Made by a program: the position numbers and the translations under genes
Shown: piece after piece, positions 59,701 to 64,000 of the stretch
How the letters are laid out: each line of letters starts with the position of its first letter
Position numbering within the stretch: the first letter of the stretch is position 1
Source of the DNA: Candidatus Geothermarchaeum rappei
GTDB lineage: Archaea > Thermoproteota > Nitrososphaeria > Geothermarchaeales > JDFR-13
Length of the DNA: 64,000 nt
Assembly (NCBI GenBank): GCA_002011085.2
Contig: MTMB02000001.1
Coordinates: 41,820-105,819 of the forward strand
Reading direction: 5' to 3'
Notes under the pieces: generated by a model
Told to the model about the DNA's origin: nothing
The model's input: the letters and a program-made list of their open reading frames with translations, nothing else
The model's database searches: none

Positions 59701-59709
59701 AATCTTACT

Positions 59710-60528
59710 CTACAGAAGATTGTTATTCAACATAAACCTCATAACATGTCTCCTAGAGACCACTCCCACAACCTCATCTTCCTCTAAAATCGGTATCAAC
59801 CTCTGTCTACCATTCAGTAATAGGTTCACTGCATCGGCAATAGTGTTGTCTGGTGTCAACGTCTCAACGTCTCTATTTACAACATCTGCTACAAGGATCT
59901 TCCTCAAATTATACTCCCATTTCTGTGTGGGTATCAACTTCTTAATTGTAAATATAGCTCTCGCAATATCTAAAGCTGTGACTATACCGACAAACTTCTT
60001 TTGATGTGTTACTACAAGTGTGTTGAACCCACTGGCACGCATCTTAGTCTCCGCTTGAACTAGTCTATGGAAAAGCTCTACCTTACCCTGTACATTAGCC
60101 ATTATATCCCGAATCACTGTTCCGCCGTACTTTTCCTTGTGTTTATTAAATATCTTAATAATTTCTCGCTTAGTCACCAGCCCATATAACTGGTTATCCT
60201 CTCTGTCGATAACGGGAAGACTACTATAGCCCCTATTTAACATCATGTTTGCCGCTGTCTTTACATCGGTATCAAGATATGCTACGTCTACGGGGCTGGT
60301 GGCTGCACTAGCTACAGAGGTATTATATGGTTCAAACCTCTTAACAGCCCTCTGTGAGAGTTTAAAAAGTATGTCGTATTCCGTGATTATTCCATATAAC
60401 TCTCTCTTATTCCTTAAGACTACGAGGCGGTCAACGTCTTTTTTAACCATCATTTCAATGGCATCCTTGATCCTAGCATCCTTATCAATCGTGGGAAAGT
60501 TTTTTATAGCTATATCAACTACCTTCAT
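59710..60528 (-). CDS. CBS domain-containing protein (two Bateman modules)
   Basis: Repeated CBS-like segments (for example LVVLRNKRELYGIITEYDIL, LPVIDREDNQLYGLVTKREII, IPILEEDEVVGVVSRRHVM). Confidence 0.75.
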   Translation of the reverse strand: MKVVDIAIKNFPTIDKDARIKDAIEMMVKKDVDRLVVLRNKRELYGIITEYDILFKLSQRAVKRFEPYNTSVASAATSPVDVAYLDTDVKTAANMMLNRGYSSLPVIDREDNQLYGLVTKREIIKIFNKHKEKYGGTVIRDIMANVQGKVELFHRLVQAETKMRASGFNTLVVTHQKKFVGIVTALDIARAIFTIKKLIPTQKWEYNLRKILVADVVNRDVETLTPDNTIADAVNLLLNGRQRLIPILEEDEVVGVVSRRHVMRFMLNNNLL

Positions 60529-61379
60529 AATCCTGTCCTCACCATATCCTCCAAAATAATATATTTGTCTATTAAACCTATAATCGTATTCTCCTCGTCA
60601 ACCACAGGTAGATGTCCAATTCTCTCAAAATACATTCTCCCCGCGGCGTCAACCAATAGTTCATCTAAGGATGCGACGAATACTGGGGAAGACATTATGT
60701 CCTCGAGAACCGGGAGTGAGTATTTTACAAAAACCACTCGTTTCGTACTATCCTTGACATATCTGCTTCCTCTTGATATCGAGGTGATAGGAAGATATAT
60801 TATATCTGAGTATGTGACTATGCCAACTGGCCTCCTCACCTGATCTACAACTATAACTGCATCTACACCTTTTTCCTCCATCAATTCATATGCATATTTA
60901 ATAGAGTGTAGGGGGGAGGCGGTTGGAGGTTCTTTTCTATATACTTCTCGTACCAACGTCTCACTTCTACTTAAACGAGAATAAGGCCCTAGTAGGTCTT
61001 CAGCCTCAATCACTCCATATACTTCCTCATCCTTTCCCAGTACAATAACCTCCTTTCTATTCTCAAGTATCATCTTCGCAACATCCACAACATAGTCTCC
61101 CTCTCCCACTGTTAATATGTCTTTATCCATAAAATCACTTACTAGAAGCCTGTCAAGAGGCCTTGCATAATTTGGCTTATCGAGTATCTTTCTACCGATG
61201 TCTCTCATATCTAGGATTCCAATAGGCCTCTCCTCAGCATCAATAACAACTATGGTCTTCCTCCTAGTCCTTATCCCCACGTTCCTTGCGTGGGCTAATG
61301 TATCTGTCTCCCTAACCAGCGGGGGTGCTTTTTCATATAAGATATCCCTAACCCTTACCTCTTTCAATTTCTCCACCAA
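60525..61379 (-). CDS. CBS domain-containing protein (two Bateman modules)
   Basis: Repeated CBS-like segments (VVIDAEERPIGILDMRDI, VIVVDQVRRPVGIVTYSDI, LPVVDEENTIIGLIDKYII). 4-nt overlap with the next CBS gene. Confidence 0.75.
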   Translation of the reverse strand: MVEKLKEVRVRDILYEKAPPLVRETDTLAHARNVGIRTRRKTIVVIDAEERPIGILDMRDIGRKILDKPNYARPLDRLLVSDFMDKDILTVGEGDYVVDVAKMILENRKEVIVLGKDEEVYGVIEAEDLLGPYSRLSRSETLVREVYRKEPPTASPLHSIKYAYELMEEKGVDAVIVVDQVRRPVGIVTYSDIIYLPITSISRGSRYVKDSTKRVVFVKYSLPVLEDIMSSPVFVASLDELLVDAAGRMYFERIGHLPVVDEENTIIGLIDKYIILEDMVRTGL

Positions 61380-61477
61380 AATAGGTTTTCACTTAGTTCT
61401 AAAGATAAAATCAAAATATAGGTTTATAAAACCATAGATATTTATTTGTTAGAATAACCTGGGAGGGGTATATAGAG

Positions 61478-62146
61478 ATGTCTCCATTCAAAGTTTTAGG
61501 GATTGAGTTAACAGATGTATATGAGCTCATTAGATTCAATCTAAATACTAAGCAGGAACGTGCTGGTCTAATGAGCTATAAATCAGGCGATGTATACCAC
61601 ATAGGATTTTATTACCCCTCTTTCCTAAAGAAAATTATCCTAGCTTTCATCTATATAATCTCGTCTTCTCCCCCTCCACCGGTATACTCATATTCAAATG
61701 ATTACAACGGTAAGGAGATCGTGCTTTCCCATCCAACCGATTCGCCTTCCTTTATTAATATACCTGTTGCTAGGTTAAATGATATTCCACATGACTTTGC
61801 CTCACTAGAAGAATTGGAGGCTAACTGGAGATTTATTGAAGTTGATGGCGTTGAATCCCTAATTAAATTGGGTTCAACAGCGTATTTCGATACATCAGAT
61901 ATTCCATATATATGGTATGACGTGGATAGAAAAACCTACCTACTTAACATCTACTCCTCAGATGACGGTATCGATGTAAACCTATATTATTACTGGATCG
62001 GAGAATATATGGGGCCGTATATCTACGTTTCAAGGGATTACAGTAAAGTGGGGTATTCCGAAAATATTAGGGATGTGAGTAAAAATTATTTCCTTGTGGT
62101 TAAATCTAGGAGCCTACCGTATTTATCGTTGAAGAATCTTAAGTAA
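61478..62146 (+). CDS. Hypothetical protein
   Basis: 222-aa Tyr-rich ORF with a short hydrophobic segment followed by SSSPPPPVYSY. No family recognised. Confidence 0.4.
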   Translation: MSPFKVLGIELTDVYELIRFNLNTKQERAGLMSYKSGDVYHIGFYYPSFLKKIILAFIYIISSSPPPPVYSYSNDYNGKEIVLSHPTDSPSFINIPVARLNDIPHDFASLEELEANWRFIEVDGVESLIKLGSTAYFDTSDIPYIWYDVDRKTYLLNIYSSDDGIDVNLYYYWIGEYMGPYIYVSRDYSKVGYSENIRDVSKNYFLVVKSRSLPYLSLKNLK

Positions 62147-62156
62147 AACCTTCTCC

Positions 62157-62846
62157 TCATCCCTTGTATCTAGCGTATATCATCGCATGGTCCCGTTCAT
62201 AGGGCTCTAAGTCCAATACATCGAGTATCTCGAATCCCTCTATCTCCATCTTCTTAGCCTCCTCCCTATATATTACCTTAGGTTCTTTAGTGGCATCTAT
62301 GCTCCTAGCTTTGATTGCATATAGTACTATACCCTCTTCTTTTAGAAAAGCCTTTGAATTCAGAATAGCGATCCTAGTCTGATCTGGCTGGGCAACATCA
62401 CAGTATACTAGGTCAACAGGGTAGTCCACTATATCTCTATATTCCCCAGGTATTCTAGCATCAAAGAACAAGGGGATAATATTTTCTCTATGGGATATCA
62501 CCCTACCAATGAATTCAAGCATTACCCGTGGAGCTATCTCAACCCCATATATGACTCCCCTATCCTCAATTATATCCGATATATGGCTTACCGTCGTGCC
62601 CGTGGATACACCGAGATAAAGGATTCTCCTCGCGTCATTCATAAATCCAATATCTAGACCCTTTAAAACTACTGCCGCAAGCTTACTTTTATATGGGATC
62701 CATTCCCTTAACTCTCCTACTTTGGTTTTGAATAAACTCTCTTTATAATATGTGATACCTGGAGTCATATTCTTTGTCGCCAAGATCTTCTTATCTCCCT
62801 TCTCTATCCAATACATATTTTTAACATTTGTCTCTACAACTTTCAT
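62157..62846 (-). CDS. flpA: Fibrillarin-like rRNA/tRNA 2'-O-methyltransferase
   Basis: Motifs YLGVSTGTTVSHISD and VYCDVAQPDQ. 229 aa. Downstream of nop5. Confidence 0.92.
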   Translation of the reverse strand: MKVVETNVKNMYWIEKGDKKILATKNMTPGITYYKESLFKTKVGELREWIPYKSKLAAVVLKGLDIGFMNDARRILYLGVSTGTTVSHISDIIEDRGVIYGVEIAPRVMLEFIGRVISHRENIIPLFFDARIPGEYRDIVDYPVDLVYCDVAQPDQTRIAILNSKAFLKEEGIVLYAIKARSIDATKEPKVIYREEAKKMEIEGFEILDVLDLEPYERDHAMIYARYKG

Positions 62847-62854
62847 TTAATCTC

Positions 62855-64000
62855 TCACCTCCTTCTCCTTCTCTTCTTTCTCTTTCTATGTGCTCCTTTC
62901 TTAGGCTTAGGGTTTACACGTATCTTCTTATCCTTTAGTTTTGGCGCTTGTTGCCTGAGCATCTCTACCTTTTCCTTAACTTCCTCATATAGTTTTTCAC
63001 CAACGTATTCTCCACCGAATGCATCGACTCTAGCAGCTATCGTAAGCTTACCAGCCAATATTCTGGCTACTCTGCCCCGGATTACCTTGGGTGACTGTCC
63101 GACAAATGGATGCTGGAATATAATCCCGTGCTTAGGCGGTTTCCTTCCCTTTCTAAGTGCTAGGAAGAGTGCTCTCTCAGCGCCGAGAAGCTGAATAGTG
63201 CTTGCTGGGAACATGGCTAGCTTCTTAATTCCTCCAGCTTTAGCAATCAGCCTAGCAGCTAACTTAGATCCCACAATAGCAGTTATATTAGGCGCAACCT
63301 CCTCAAGCAGTTCCTCGAGATACTTCTCTATGGCATCACGCGTCTTCACCATGTCTTTAAGCATCTTGGCGTGTGTCCTTATCATCTCGATATCATTCAT
63401 CTCAAGCATACCGCCCCTAGAAGCCTTTGCAGCCTCCTCTATAGCTGCGGCCTTCTTCTCAGCATAGCCTAGTTTAAGCAGGTTTTCCTTCGTGAACTCC
63501 TCTCTCCAAGTTAGGGTCGCTACAAGGTTTGCATAGCTCTCTATCTTAGTAACCAGCTCAGCCAATTCAGGGAAGTATATGCCGTACCACTCCCTAAGCC
63601 TTTCATAGAATAAGTTTATTGTCTCGGTATATTCATCGTAGCTATTTATAGCATGTATTATTAGAAGATCCTTATTAGCCAACTCTTCTTTAAGCTTCTC
63701 CTCTGAATATGTTTTCATAACATCTTTTATGAGCCTCAGAGCCTCCTCAGTATCTTTAGCCACTCTGGTTTTAATTAAAAGCTCGGATGACGTCTCTTCT
63801 CTATCAACATACTTTATCTTATCAGCTAACTCAGAATATCTCCCGAGGAGCTTATACAATACGCGTGATGTGACAAGGACTTGATCAGAATCTTTTATAT
63901 CTTCGACTATGTTTTCGAGGCTAAGCCTACCTTTATATAATTTATATAGATTTACCCCTGCCTTTTCTGGAGTATCTCCGAATTTATATATTTCAAGGCT
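62855..64000 (-). CDS. nop5: C/D box snoRNP protein Nop5 (Nop56/58). Partial: the N-terminus lies beyond the window end.
   Basis: NOSIC/Nop domain motifs (AERALFLALRKGRKPPKHGIIFQHP) and a KKR-rich tail. My translation shows the frame stays open from 63859 to 64000 (...EIYKFGDTPEKAGVNLYKLYKGRLSLENIVEDIKDSDQVLVTSRVLYKLLG), so the track's TTG start is internal. Confidence 0.9.
   Translation of the reverse strand, partial: SLEIYKFGDTPEKAGVNLYKLYKGRLSLENIVEDIKDSDQVLVTSRVLYKLLGRYSELADKIKYVDREETSSELLIKTRVAKDTEEALRLIKDVMKTYSEEKLKEELANKDLLIIHAINSYDEYTETINLFYERLREWYGIYFPELAELVTKIESYANLVATLTWREEFTKENLLKLGYAEKKAAAIEEAAKASRGGMLEMNDIEMIRTHAKMLKDMVKTRDAIEKYLEELLEEVAPNITAIVGSKLAARLIAKAGGIKKLAMFPASTIQLLGAERALFLALRKGRKPPKHGIIFQHPFVGQSPKVIRGRVARILAGKLTIAARVDAFGGEYVGEKLYEEVKEKVEMLRQQAPKLKDKKIRVNPKPKKGAHRKRKKRRRRR

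Noticed and set aside
1-64000. CRISPR arrays, cas genes, toxin-antitoxin pairs, restriction-modification or other recognisable defence systems
   Set aside because: No regularly spaced direct repeats and no matching protein motifs were seen anywhere in the window. The methyltransferases present are RNA or small-molecule types with housekeeping neighbours.

Overview
This window is a gene-dense, visibly AT-rich archaeal chromosome segment. It most resembles a hyperthermophilic crenarchaeon of the Desulfurococcales type. Supporting signs: archaeal-only ribosomal proteins (S8e), Nop5/fibrillarin/Gar1, an archaeal class I CCA-adding enzyme, RadA, Orc1/Cdc6, very GC-rich tRNA stems in an AT-rich background, and a tRNA with a short intron at position 37/38. 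Content is dominated by housekeeping genes. These include a uL3-uL4-uL23-uL2-uS19 block and a Liv-type ABC transporter next to an acyl-CoA ligase. There are many RNA maturation genes (RtcB, Trm11, RNase Z, ThpR/LigT, CCA-adding enzyme, Trm1, RlmE, Gar1, fibrillarin, Nop5, RNase HII). An SMC-ScpA-ScpB condensin cluster, RadA and AsnRS are also present. I found three tRNA genes: Val-GAC, Leu-GAG and an intron-containing Pro-GGG. I saw no CRISPR array, transposase, integrase or recognisable defence system. I cannot point to one clear novel system. The best leads are uncharacterised modules sitting in conserved contexts: (1) an atypical kinase-like gene translationally coupled to thpR-cca; (2) an AroM plus DUF1177-like pair; (3) a highly divergent TFB paralog coupled to gar1; (4) a NikR gene divergent from a His-rich P1B-ATPase with a CPS motif; (5) an exact 15-bp palindromic motif shared by two intergenic regions; (6) a decayed MazG-like gene abutting tRNA-Leu; (7) CBS-CBS-Mut7-C genes packed directly upstream of smc. 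All family assignments come from motif recognition by eye on the translated ORFs. No database search was run.
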